A stretch of DNA of 64,000 bases, from positions 1 through 64,000 of the forward strand of contig CAXHJY010001431.1 of assembly GCA_964016885.1 (NCBI GenBank). The letters are read 5' to 3'. The translations under genes and the position numbers were made by a program. The stretch is from Eledone cirrhosa. Its lineage: Eukaryota. Positions 11,737 to 25,500 of this stretch are shown here, piece after piece. The notes below the pieces were generated by a model, which worked only from the letters and a program-made list of their open reading frames with translations, was not told the origin of the DNA and did not search any database. Position 1 is the first letter of the stretch. Every line of letters starts with the position of its first letter.

Positions 11737-14700
11737 GATCTGTGTCTGCACATGGACCAGTAATTACAGATCGATCCGACCATAGGCGGCCGGCTCACGA
11801 TCGAAAAGGTAACTCCGCCGGCAAATTCGCATTTTTGTGATTCGTTTCTTCGAAGCACACCATTCGCTGGTGGACTTCAGCTTCCGCATTTAGCATGGGC
11901 AACGTTTCGTGAAAATCACACCACACAGAGCAAATGTGTGTCTGCACATGGACCAGTAATTACAGATCGATCCGACCACAGGCGGCCGGCCCACGATCGA
12001 AAATGTAACTCCGCCGGTAAATAGTCATTTTTGTGATTCGTTTTCTTCGAAGCACACCATTCGCCGCCGGACTTCAGCTTCCTCATTTAGCATGGGCAGT
12101 TTTTCTTGAAAATCACACCACACACAGCAAATGTGTGTCTGCACATGGACCAGTAATTACAGATCGATGCGACCATAGGCGGCCGGCCCACGATCGAAAA
12201 GGTAACTCCGCCGGCAAATTCGCATTTTTGTGATTCGTTTCTTCGAAGCACACCATTCGCTGGTGGACTTCAGCTTCCGCATTTAGCATGGGCAGCTTTT
12301 CTTGAAAATCACACCACACACAGTCAATGAGTGTCTGCACATATACCAGTAATTACAGATCGATCCGACCACAGGCGGCCCGCCCACGATCGAAAAGGTA
12401 ACTCCGGCGGCAAATTCGCATTTTTGTGATTCGTTTCTTCGAAGCACACCATTCGCTGGTGGACTTCAGCTTCCGCATTTAGCATGGGCAGCTTTTCTTG
12501 AACATCACACCACACACAGCCAATGAGTGTCTGCACATATACCAGTAATTACAGATCGATCCGACCACGGGCGGCCGGCTCACGATCGAAAAGGTAACTC
12601 CGCCGGCAAATTCGCATTTTTGTGATTCGTTTCTTCGAAGCACACCATTCGCTGGTGGACTTCAGCTTCCGCATTTAGCATGGGCATCTTTTCTTGAACA
12701 TCACACCACACACAGCCAATGAGTGTCTGCACATATACCAGTAATTACAGATCGATCCGACCACGGGCGGCCGGCTCACGATCGAAAAGGTAACTCCGCC
12801 GGCAAATTCGCATTTTTGTGATTCGTTTCTTCGAAGCACACCATTCGCTGGTGGACTTCAGCTTCCTCATTTAGCATGGGCAGCTTTTCTTGAAAATCAA
12901 ACCACACACAGCAAATGTGTGTCTGCACATGGACCAGTAATTACCGATCGATCCGACCATAGGCGGCCGGCTCACCATCGAAAAGGTAACTCCGCCGGCA
13001 AATTCGCATTTTTGTGACTCGTTTCTTCGAAGCACACCATTCGCTGGTGGACTTCAGCTTCCGCATTTAGCATGGGCAGCTTTTCTTGAAAATCACACCA
13101 CACACAGTCAATGAGTGTCTGCACATATACCAGTAATTACAGATCGATCCGACCACGGGCGGCCGGCCCACGATCGAAAAGGTAACTCCGCCGGCAAATT
13201 CGCATTTTTGTGATTCGTTTCTTCGAAGCACACCATTCGCTGGTAGACTTCAGCTTCCGCATTTAGCATGGGCAGCTTTTCTTGAACATCACACCACACA
13301 CAGCCAATGAGTGTCTGCACATATACCAGTAATTACAGATCGATCCGACCACGGGCGGCCGGCTCACGATCGAAAAGGTAACTCCGCCGGCAAATTCGCA
13401 TTTTTGTGATTCGTTTCTTCGAAGCACACCATTCGCTGGTGGACTTCAGCTTCCTCATTTAGCATGGGCAGTTTTTCTTGAAAATCACACCACACACAGC
13501 AAATGTGTGTCTGCACATGGACCAGTAATTACAGATCGATCCGACCACGGGCGGCCGGCCCACCATCGAAAAGGTAACTCCGCCGGCAAATTCGCATTTT
13601 TGTGATTCGTTTCTTCGAAGCACACCATTCGCTGGTGGACTTCAGCTTCCGCATTTAGCATGGGCAGCTTTTCTTGAAAATCACACCACACACAGTCAAT
13701 GAGTGTCTGCACATATACCAGTAATTACAGATCGATCCGACCACGGGCGGCCGGCTCACGATCGAAAAGGTAACTCCGCCGGCAAATTCGCATTTTTGTG
13801 ATTCGTTTCTTCGAAGCACACCATTCGCTGGTGGACTTCAGCTTCCTCATTTAGCATGGGCAGCTTTTCTTGAAAATCACACCACACACAGCAGATCTGT
13901 GTCTGCACATGGACCAGTAATTACAGATCGATCCGACCATAGGCGGCCGGCTCACGATCGAAAAGGTAACTCCGCCGGCAAATTCGCATTTTTGTGATTC
14001 GTTTCTTCGAAGCACACCATTCGCTGGTGGACTTCAGCTTCCGCATTTAGCATGGGCAACGTTTCGTGAAAATCACACCACACAGAGCAAATGTGTGTCT
14101 GCACATGGACCAGTAATTACAGATCGATCCGACCACAGGCGGCCGGCCCACGATCGAAAATGTAACTCCGCCGGTAAATAGTCATTTTTGTGATTCGTTT
14201 TCTTCGAAGCACACCATTCGCCGCCGGACTTCAGCTTCCTCATTTAGCATGGGCAGTTTTTCTTGAAAATCACACCACACACAGCAAATGTGTGTCTGCA
14301 CATGGACCAGTAATTACAGATCGATGCGACCATAGGCGGCCGGCCCACGATCGAAAAGGTAACTCCGCCGGCAAATTCGCATTTTTGTGATTCGTTTCTT
14401 CGAAGCACACCATTCGCTGGTGGACTTCAGCTTCCGCATTTAGCATGGGCAGCTTTTCTTGAAAATCACACCACACACAGTCAATGAGTGTCTGCACATA
14501 TACCAGTAATTACAGATCGATCCGACCACAGGCGGCCCGCCCACGATCGAAAAGGTAACTCCGGCGGCAAATTCGCATTTTTGTGATTCGTTTCTTCGAA
14601 GCACACCATTCGCTGGTGGACTTCAGCTTCCGCATTTAGCATGGGCAGCTTTTCTTGAACATCACACCACACACAGCCAATGAGTGTCTGCACATATACC

Positions 14701-17700
14701 AGTAATTACAGATCGATCCGACCACGGGCGGCCGGCTCACGATCGAAAAGGTAACTCCGCCGGCAAATTCGCATTTTTGTGATTCGTTTCTTCGAAGCAC
14801 ACCATTCGCTGGTGGACTTCAGCTTCCGCATTTAGCATGGGCATCTTTTCTTGAACATCACACCACACACAGCCAATGAGTGTCTGCACATATACCAGTA
14901 ATTACAGATCGATCCGACCACGGGCGGCCGGCTCACGATCGAAAAGGTAACTCCGCCGGCAAATTCGCATTTTTGTGATTCGTTTCTTCGAAGCACACCA
15001 TTCGCTGGTGGACTTCAGCTTCCTCATTTAGCATGGGCAGCTTTTCTTGAAAATCAAACCACACACAGCAAATGTGTGTCTGCACATGGACCAGTAATTA
15101 CCGATCGATCCGACCATAGGCGGCCGGCTCACCATCGAAAAGGTAACTCCGCCGGCAAATTCGCATTTTTGTGACTCGTTTCTTCGAAGCACACCATTCG
15201 CTGGTGGACTTCAGCTTCCGCATTTAGCATGGGCAGCTTTTCTTGAAAATCACACCACACACAGTCAATGAGTGTCTGCACATATACCAGTAATTACAGA
15301 TCGATCCGACCACGGGCGGCCGGCCCACGATCGAAAAGGTAACTCCGCCGGCAAATTCGCATTTTTGTGATTCGTTTCTTCGAAGCACACCATTCGCTGG
15401 TAGACTTCAGCTTCCGCATTTAGCATGGGCAGCTTTTCTTGAACATCACACCACACACAGCCAATGAGTGTCTGCACATATACCAGTAATTACAGATCGA
15501 TCCGACCACGGGCGGCCGGCTCACGATCGAAAAGGTAACTCCGCCGGCAAATTCGCATTTTTGTGATTCGTTTCTTCGAAGCACACCATTCGCTGGTGGA
15601 CTTCAGCTTCCTCATTTAGCATGGGCAGTTTTTCTTGAAAATCACACCACACACAGCAAATGTGTGTCTGCACATGGACCAGTAATTACAGATCGATCCG
15701 ACCACGGGCGGCCGGCCCACCATCGAAAAGGTAACTCCGCCGGCAAATTCGCATTTTTGTGATTCGTTTCTTCGAAGCACACCATTCGCTGGTGGACTTC
15801 AGCTTCCGCATTTAGCATGGGCAGCTTTTCTTGAAAATCACACCACACACAGTCAATGAGTGTCTGCACATATACCAGTAATTACAGATCGATCCGACCA
15901 CGGGCGGCCGGCTCACGATCGAAAAGGTAACTCCGCCGGCAAATTCGCATTTTTGTGATTCGTTTCTTCGAAGCACACCATTCGCTGGTGGACTTCAGCT
16001 TCCTCATTTAGCATGGGCAGCTTTTCTTGAAAATCACACCACACACAGCAGATCTGTGTCTGCACATGGACCAGTAATTACAGATCGATCCGACCATAGG
16101 CGGCCGGCTCACGATCGAAAAGGTAACTCCGCCGGCAAATTCGCATTTTTGTGATTCGTTTCTTCGAAGCACACCATTCGCTGGTGGACTTCAGCTTCCG
16201 CATTTAGCATGGGCAACGTTTCGTGAAAATCACACCACACAGAGCAAATGTGTGTCTGCACATGGACCAGTAATTACAGATCGATCCGACCACAGGCGGC
16301 CGGCCCACGATCGAAAATGTAACTCCGCCGGTAAATAGTCATTTTTGTGATTCGTTTTCTTCGAAGCACACCATTCGCCGCCGGACTTCAGCTTCCTCAT
16401 TTAGCATGGGCAGTTTTTCTTGAAAATCACACCACACACAGCAAATGTGTGTCTGCACATGGACCAGTAATTACAGATCGATGCGACCATAGGCGGCCGG
16501 CCCACGATCGAAAAGGTAACTCCGCCGGCAAATTCGCATTTTTGTGATTCGTTTCTTCGAAGCACACCATTCGCTGGTGGACTTCAGCTTCCGCATTTAG
16601 CATGGGCAGCTTTTCTTGAAAATCACACCACACACAGTCAATGAGTGTCTGCACATATACCAGTAATTACAGATCGATCCGACCACAGGCGGCCCGCCCA
16701 CGATCGAAAAGGTAACTCCGGCGGCAAATTCGCATTTTTGTGATTCGTTTCTTCGAAGCACACCATTCGCTGGTGGACTTCAGCTTCCGCATTTAGCATG
16801 GGCAGCTTTTCTTGAACATCACACCACACACAGCCAATGAGTGTCTGCACATATACCAGTAATTACAGATCGATCCGACCACGGGCGGCCGGCTCACGAT
16901 CGAAAAGGTAACTCCGCCGGCAAATTCGCATTTTTGTGATTCGTTTCTTCGAAGCACACCATTCGCTGGTGGACTTCAGCTTCCGCATTTAGCATGGGCA
17001 TCTTTTCTTGAACATCACACCACACACAGCCAATGAGTGTCTGCACATATACCAGTAATTACAGATCGATCCGACCACGGGCGGCCGGCTCACGATCGAA
17101 AAGGTAACTCCGCCGGCAAATTCGCATTTTTGTGATTCGTTTCTTCGAAGCACACCATTCGCTGGTGGACTTCAGCTTCCTCATTTAGCATGGGCAGCTT
17201 TTCTTGAAAATCAAACCACACACAGCAAATGTGTGTCTGCACATGGACCAGTAATTACCGATCGATCCGACCATAGGCGGCCGGCTCACCATCGAAAAGG
17301 TAACTCCGCCGGCAAATTCGCATTTTTGTGACTCGTTTCTTCGAAGCACACCATTCGCTGGTGGACTTCAGCTTCCGCATTTAGCATGGGCAGCTTTTCT
17401 TGAAAATCACACCACACACAGTCAATGAGTGTCTGCACATATACCAGTAATTACAGATCGATCCGACCACGGGCGGCCGGCCCACGATCGAAAAGGTAAC
17501 TCCGCCGGCAAATTCGCATTTTTGTGATTCGTTTCTTCGAAGCACACCATTCGCTGGTAGACTTCAGCTTCCGCATTTAGCATGGGCAGCTTTTCTTGAA
17601 CATCACACCACACACAGCCAATGAGTGTCTGCACATATACCAGTAATTACAGATCGATCCGACCACGGGCGGCCGGCTCACGATCGAAAAGGTAACTCCG

Positions 17701-17853
17701 CCGGCAAATTCGCATTTTTGTGATTCGTTTCTTCGAAGCACACCATTCGCTGGTGGACTTCAGCTTCCTCATTTAGCATGGGCAGTTTTTCTTGAAAATC
17801 ACACCACACACAGCAAATGTGTGTCTGCACATGGACCAGTAATTACAGATCGA
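11291..17853. repeat. Higher-order repeat, 2157 bp (11 monomers), 3 tandem copies
   Basis: ORF series 11328/13485/15642, 12033/14190/16347 and 13108/15265/17422. Markers GCAGATCTGT, GGCATCTTTT, ATCAAACC, TTACCGATC and GTGACTCG repeat at +2157. Confidence 0.92.
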
Positions 17854-20800
17854 TGCGACCATAGGCGGCCGGCCCACGATCGAAAAGGTAACTCCGCCGG
17901 CAAATTCGCATTTTTGTGATTCGTTTCTTCGAAGCACACCATTCGCTGGTGGACTTCAGCTTCCGCATTTAGCATGGGCAGCTTTTCTTGAAAATCACAC
18001 CACACACAGTCAATGAGTGTCCGCACATATACCAGTAATTACAGATCGATCCGACCACAGGCGGCCCGCCCACGATCGAAAAGGTAACTCCGGCGGCAAA
18101 TTCGCATTTTTGTGATTCGTTTCTTCGAAGCACACCATTCGCTGGTGGACTTCAGCTTCCGCATTTAGCATGGGCAGCTTTTCTTGAACATCACACCACA
18201 CACAGCCAATGAGTGTCTGCACATATACCAGTAATTACAGATCGATCCGACCACGGGCGGCCGGCTCACGATCGAAAAGGTAACTCCGCCGGCAAATTCG
18301 CATTTTTGTGATTCGTTTCTTCGAAGCACACCATTCGTTGGTGGACTTCAGCTTCCGCATTTAGCATGGGCAGCTTTTCTTGAAAATCACACCACACACA
18401 GCAAATGTGTGTCTGCACATGGACCAGTAATTACAGATCGATCCGACCACGGGCGGCCGGCCCACCATCGAAAAGGTAACTCCGCCGGCAAATTCGCATT
18501 TTTGTGATTCGTTTCTTCGAAGCACACCATTCGCTGGTGGACTTCAGCTTCCGCATTTAGCATGGGCAGCTTTTCTTGAAAATCACACCACACACAGTCA
18601 ATGAGTGTCTGCACATATACCAGTAATTACAGATCGATCCGACCACGGGCGGCCGGCTCACGATCGAAAAGGTAACTCCGCCGGCAAATTCGCATTTTTG
18701 TGATTCGTTTCTTCGAAGCACACCATTCGCTGGTGGACTTCAGCTTCCGCATTTAGCATGGGCAACGTTTCGTGAAAATCACACCACACAGAGCAAATGT
18801 GTGTCTGCACATGGACCAGTAATTACAGATCGATCCGACCACAGGCGGCCGGCCCACGATCGAAAATGTAACTCCGCCGGTAAATAGTCATTTTTGTGAT
18901 TCGTTTTCTTCGAAGCACACCATTCGCCGCCGGACTTCAGCTTCCTCATTTAGCATGGGCAGTTTTTCTTGAAAATCACACCACACACAGCAAATGTGTG
19001 TCTGCACATGGACCAGTAATTACAGATCGATGCGACCATAGGCGGCCGGCCCACGATCGAAAAGGTAACTCCGCCGGCAAATTCGCATTTTTGTGATTCG
19101 TTTCTTCGAAGCACACCATTCGCTGGTGGACTTCAGCTTCCGCATTTAGCATGGGCAGCTTTTCTTGAAAATCACACCACACACAGTCAATGAGTGTCTG
19201 CACATATACCAGTAATTACAGATCGATCCGACCACAGGCGGCCCGCCCACGATCGAAAAGGTAACTCCGGCGGCAAATTCGCATTTTTGTGATTCGTTTC
19301 TTCGAAGCACACCATTCGCTGGTGGACTTCAGCTTCCGCATTTAGCATGGGCAGCTTTTCTTGAAAATCACACCACACACAGTCAATGAGTGTCTGCACA
19401 TATACCAGTAATTACAGATCGATCCGACCACGGGCGGCCGGCCCACGATCGAAAAGGTAACTCCGCCGGCAAATTCGCATTTTTGTGATTCGTTTCTTCG
19501 AAGCACACCATTCGCTGGTAGACTTCAGCTTCCGCATTTAGCATGGGCAGCGTTTCTTGAAAATCACACCACACACAGCCAATGAGTGTCTGCACATATA
19601 CCAGTAATTACAGATCGATCCGACCACGGGCGGCCGGCTCACGATCGAAAAGGTAACTCCGCCGGCAAATTCGCATTTTTGTGATTCGTTTCTTCGAAGC
19701 ACACCATTCGCTGGTGGACTTCAGCTTCCGCATTTAGCATGGGCATCTTTTCTTGAACATCACACCACACACAGCCAATGAGTGTCTGCACATATACCAG
19801 TAATTACAGATCGATCCGACCACGGGCGGCCGGCTCACGATCGAAAAGGTAACTCCGCCGGCAAATTCGCATTTTTGTGATTCGTTTCTTCGAAGCACAC
19901 CATTCGCTGGTGGACTTCAGCTTCCTCATTTAGCATGGGCAGCTTTTCTTGAAAATCAAACCACACACAGCAAATGTGTGTCTGCACATGGACCAGTAAT
20001 TACCGATCGATCCGACCATAGGCGGCCGGCTCACCATCGAAAAGGTAACTCCGCCGGCAAATTCGCATTTTTGTGACTCGTTTCTTCGAAGCACACCATT
20101 CGCTGGTGGACTTCAGCTTCCGCATTTAGCATGGGCAGCTTTTCTTGAAAATCACACCACACACAGTCAATGAGTGTCTGCACATATACCAGTAATTACA
20201 GATCGATCCGACCACGGGCGGCCGGCCCACGATCGAAAAGGTAACTCCGCCGGCAAATTCGCATTTTTGTGATTCGTTTCTTCGAAGCACACCATTCGCT
20301 GGTAGACTTCAGCTTCCGCATTTAGCATGGGCAGCTTTTCTTGAACATCACACCACACACAGCCAATGAGTGTCTGCACATATACCAGTAATTACAGATC
20401 GATCCGACCACGGGCGGCCGGCTCACGATCGAAAAGGTAACTCCGCCGGCAAATTCGCATTTTTGTGATTCGTTTCTTCGAAGCACACCATTCGCTGGTG
20501 GACTTCAGCTTCCTCATTTAGCATGGGCAGTTTTTCTTGAAAATCACACCACACACAGCAAATGTGTGTCTGCACATGGACCAGTAATTACAGATCGATG
20601 CGACCATAGGCGGCCGGCCCACGATCGAAAAGGTAACTCCGCCGGCAAATTCGCATTTTTGTGATTCGTTTCTTCGAAGCACACCATTCGCTGGTGGACT
20701 TCAGCTTCCGCATTTAGCATGGGCAGCTTTTCTTGAAAATCACACCACACACAGTCAATGAGTGTCCGCACATATACCAGTAATTACAGATCGATCCGAC

Positions 20801-22516
20801 CACAGGCGGCCCGCCCACGATCGAAAAGGTAACTCCGGCGGCAAATTCGCATTTTTGTGATTCGTTTCTTCGAAGCACACCATTCGCTGGTGGACTTCAG
20901 CTTCCGCATTTAGCATGGGCAGCTTTTCTTGAACATCACACCACACACAGCCAATGAGTGTCTGCACATATACCAGTAATTACAGATCGATCCGACCACG
21001 GGCGGCCGGCTCACGATCGAAAAGGTAACTCCGCCGGCAAATTCGCATTTTTGTGATTCGTTTCTTCGAAGCACACCATTCGTTGGTGGACTTCAGCTTC
21101 CGCATTTAGCATGGGCAGCTTTTCTTGAAAATCACACCACACACAGCAAATGTGTGTCTGCACATGGACCAGTAATTACAGATCGATCCGACCACGGGCG
21201 GCCGGCCCACCATCGAAAAGGTAACTCCGCCGGCAAATTCGCATTTTTGTGATTCGTTTCTTCGAAGCACACCATTCGCTGGTGGACTTCAGCTTCCGCA
21301 TTTAGCATGGGCAGCTTTTCTTGAAAATCACACCACACACAGCAAATGTGTGTCTGCACATGGACCAGTAATTACAGATCGATCCGACCACGGGCGGCCG
21401 GCCCACCATCGAAAAGGTAACTCCGCCGGCAAATTCGCATTTTTGTGATTCGTTTCTTCGAAGCACACCATTCGCTGGTGGACTTCAGCTTCCGCATTTA
21501 GCATGGGCAGCTTTTCTTGAAAATCACACCACACACAGTCAATGAGTGTCTGCACATATACCAGTAATTACAGATCGATCCGACCACGGGCGGCCGGCTC
21601 ACGATCGAAAAGGTAACTCCGCCGGCAAATTCGCATTTTTGTGATTCGTTTCTTCGAAGCACACCATTCGCTGGTGGACTTCAGCTTCCGCATTTAGCAT
21701 GGGCAACGTTTCGTGAAAATCACACCACACAGAGCAAATGTGTGTCTGCACATGGACCAGTAATTACAGATCGATCCGACCACAGGCGGCCGGCCCACGA
21801 TCGAAAATGTAACTCCGCCGGTAAATAGTCATTTTTGTGATTCGTTTTCTTCGAAGCACACCATTCGCCGCCGGACTTCAGCTTCCTCATTTAGCATGGG
21901 CAGTTTTTCTTGAAAATCACACCACACACAGAAAATGTGTGTCTGCACATGGACCAGTAATTACAGATCGATGCGACCATAGGCGGCCGGCCCACGATCG
22001 AAAAGGTAACTCCGCCGGCAAATTCGCATTTTTGTGATTCGTTTCTTCGAAGCACACCATTCGCTGGTGGACTTCAGCTTCCGCATTTAGCATGGGCAGC
22101 TTTTCTTGAAAATCACACCACACACAGTCAATGAGTGTCTGCACATATACCAGTAATTACAGATCGATCCGACCACAGGCGGCCCGCCCACGATCGAAAA
22201 GGTAACTCCGGCGGCAAATTCGCATTTTTGTGATTCGTTTCTTCGAAGCACACCATTCGCTGGTGGACTTCAGCTTCCGCATTTAGCATGGGCAGCTTTT
22301 CTTGAAAATCACACCACACACAGTCAATGAGTGTCTGCACATATACCAGTAATTACAGATCGATCCGACCACGGGCGGCCGGCCCACGATCGAAAAGGTA
22401 ACTCCGCCGGCAAATTCGCATTTTTGTGATTCGTTTCTTCGAAGCACACCATTCGCTGGTAGACTTCAGCTTCCGCATTTAGCATGGGCAGCGTTTCTTG
22501 AAAATCACACCACACA
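16820..22516. repeat. Tandem duplication with a 2745-bp (14-monomer) period; the second copy has one extra monomer (offset becomes 2941)
   Basis: 17422/20167, 17799/20544 and 18010/20755 are at +2745; 18896/21837 and 19187/22128 are at +2941. Shared rare variants are GTGTCCGCAC and TTCGTTGGTG. Confidence 0.85.
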
Positions 22517-25500
22517 CAGTCAATGAGTGTCTGCACATATACCAGTAATTACAGATCGATCCGACCACAGGCGGCCGGCCCACGATCGAAAAGGTAACTC
22601 CGCCGGCAAATTCGCATTTTTGTGATTCGTTTCTTCGAAGCACACCATTCGCTGGTGGACTTCAGCTTCCGCATTTAGCATGGGCAACGTTTCGTGAAAA
22701 TCACACCACACAGAGCAAATGTGTGTCTGCACATGGACCAGTAATTACAGATCGATGCGACCATAGGCGGCCGGCCCACGATCGAAAAGGTAACTCCGCC
22801 GGCAAATTCGCATTTTTGTGATTCGTTTCTTCGAAGCACACCATTCGCTGGTGGACTTCAGCTTCCGCATTTAGCATGGGCAGCTTTTCTTGAAAATCAC
22901 ACCACACACAGTCAATGAGTGTCTGCACATATACCAGTAATTACAGATCGACCCGACCACAGGCGGCCGGCCCACGATCGAAAAGGTAACTCTGCCGGCA
23001 AATTCGCATTTTTGTGATTCGTTTCTTCGAAGCACACCATTCGCTGGTGGACTTCAGCTTCCGCATTTAGCATGGGCAGCTTTTCTTGAAAATCACACCA
23101 CACACAGCAAATGTGTGTCTGCACATGGACCAGTAATTACAGATCGATCCGACCACGGGCGGCCGGCCCACCATCGAAAAGGTAACTCCGCCGGCAAATT
23201 CGCATTTTTGTGATTCGTTTCTTCGAAGCACACCATTCGCTGGTGGACTTCAGCTTCCGCATTTAGCATGGGCAACTTTTCTTGAAAATCACACCACACA
23301 CAGGCAATGAGTGTCTGCACATGTACCAGTAATTACAAATCGATCCGACCACGGGCGGCCGGCCACGATCGAAAAGGTAACTCCGCCGGCAAATTCGCAT
23401 TTTTGTGATTCGTTTCTTCGAAGCACACCATTCGCTGGTGGACTTCAGCTTCCGCATTTAGCATGGGCAGCTTTTCTTGAACATCACACCACACACAGCC
23501 AATGAGTGTCTGCACATGTACCAGTAATTACAGATCGATCCGACCACGGGCGGCCGGCTCACGATCGAAAAGGTAACTCCGCCGGCAAATTCGCATTTTT
23601 GTGATTCGTTTCTTCGAAGCACACCATTCGCTGGTGGACTTCAGCTTCCTCATTTAGCATGGGCAGCTTTTCTTGAAAATCACACCACACACAGCAGATG
23701 TGTGTCTGCACATGGACCAGTAATTACAGATCGATCCGACCATAGGCGGCCGGCTCACGATCGAAAAGGTAACTCCGCCGGCAAATTCGCATTTTTGTGA
23801 TTCGTTTCTTCGAAGCACACCATTCGCTGGTGGACTTCAGCTTCCGCATTTACCATGGGCAACGTTTCGTGAAAATCACACCACACAGAGCAAATGTGTG
23901 TCTGCACATGGACCAGTAATTACAGATCGATGCGACCATAGGCGGCCGGCCCACGATCGAAAAGGTAACTCCGCCGGCAAATTCGCATTTTTGTGATTCG
24001 TTTCTTCGAAGCACACCATTCGCTGGTGGACTTCAGCTTCCGCATTTAGCATGGGCAGCTTTTCTTGAAAATCACACCACACACAGTCAATGAGTGTCTG
24101 CACATATACCAGTAATTACAGATCGATCCGACCACAGGCGGCCCGCCCACGATCGAAAAGGTAACTCCGGCGGCAAATTCGCATTTTTGTGATTCGTTTC
24201 TTCGAAGCACACCATTCGCTGGTGGACTTCAGCTTCCGCATTTAGCATGGGCAGCTTTTCTTGAACATCACACCACACACAGCCAATGAGTGTCTGCACA
24301 TATACCAGTAATTACAGATCGATCCGACCACGGGCGGCCGGCTCACGATCGAAAAGGTAACTCCGCCGGCAAATTCGCATTTTTGTGATTCGTTTCTTCG
24401 AAGCACACCATTCGCTGGTGGACTTCAGCTTCCGCATTTAGCATGGGCAGCTTTTCTTGAACATCACACCACACACAGCCAATGAGTGTCTGCACATATA
24501 CCAGTAATTACAGATCGATCCGACCACGGGCGGCCGGCTCACGATCGAAAAGGTAACTCCGCCGGCAAATTCGCATTTTTGTGATTCGTTTCTTCGAAGC
24601 ACACCATTCGCTGGTGGACTTCAGCTTCCTCATTTAGCATGGGCAGCTTTTCTTGAAAATCACACCACACACAGCAAATGTGTGTCTGCACATGGACCAG
24701 TAATTACCGATCGATCCGACCATAGGCGGCCGGCTCACGATCGAAAAGGTAACTCCGCCGGCAAATTCGCATTTTTGTGACTCGTTTCTTCGAAGCACAC
24801 CATTCGCTGGTGGACTTCAGCTTCCGCATTTAGCATGGGCAGCTTTTCTTGAAAATCACACCACACACAGTCAATGAGTGTCTGCACATATACCAGTAAT
24901 TACAGATCGATCCGACCACGGGCGGCCGGCCCACGATCGAAAAGGTAACTCCGCCGGCAAATTCGCATTTTTGTGATTCGTTTCTTCGAAGCACACCATT
25001 CGCTGGTAGACTTCAGCTTCCGCATTTAGCATGGGCAGCGTTTCTTGAAAATCACACCACACACAGTCAATGAGTGTCTGCACATATACCAGTAATTACA
25101 GATCGATCCGACCACAGGCGGCCGGCCCACGATCGAAAAGGTAACTCCGCCGGCAAATTCGCATTTTTGTGATTCGTTTCTTCGAAGCACACCATTCGCT
25201 GGTGGACTTCAGCTTCCGCATTTAGCATGGGCAACGTTTCGTGAAAATCACACCACACAGAGCAAATGTGTGTCTGCACATGGACCAGTAATTACAGATC
25301 GATCCGACCACAGGCGGCCGGCCCACGATCGAAAAGGTAACTCCGCCGGTAAATAGTCATTTTTGTGATTCGTTTTCTTCGAAGCACACCATTCGCCGCC
25401 GGACTTCAGCTTCCTCATTTAGCATGGGCAGTTTTTCTTGAAAATCACACCACACACGGCAAATGTGTGCCAGCACATGGACCAGTAATTACAGATCGAT

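Noticed and set aside
12375-12412. Compensatory base pair from the always-linked GGCCCGCCC and CCGGCGGC changes
   Set aside because: In the GCCGGC/GCCGGC register the two changes give two mismatches rather than a restored pair. Common descent explains the linkage.
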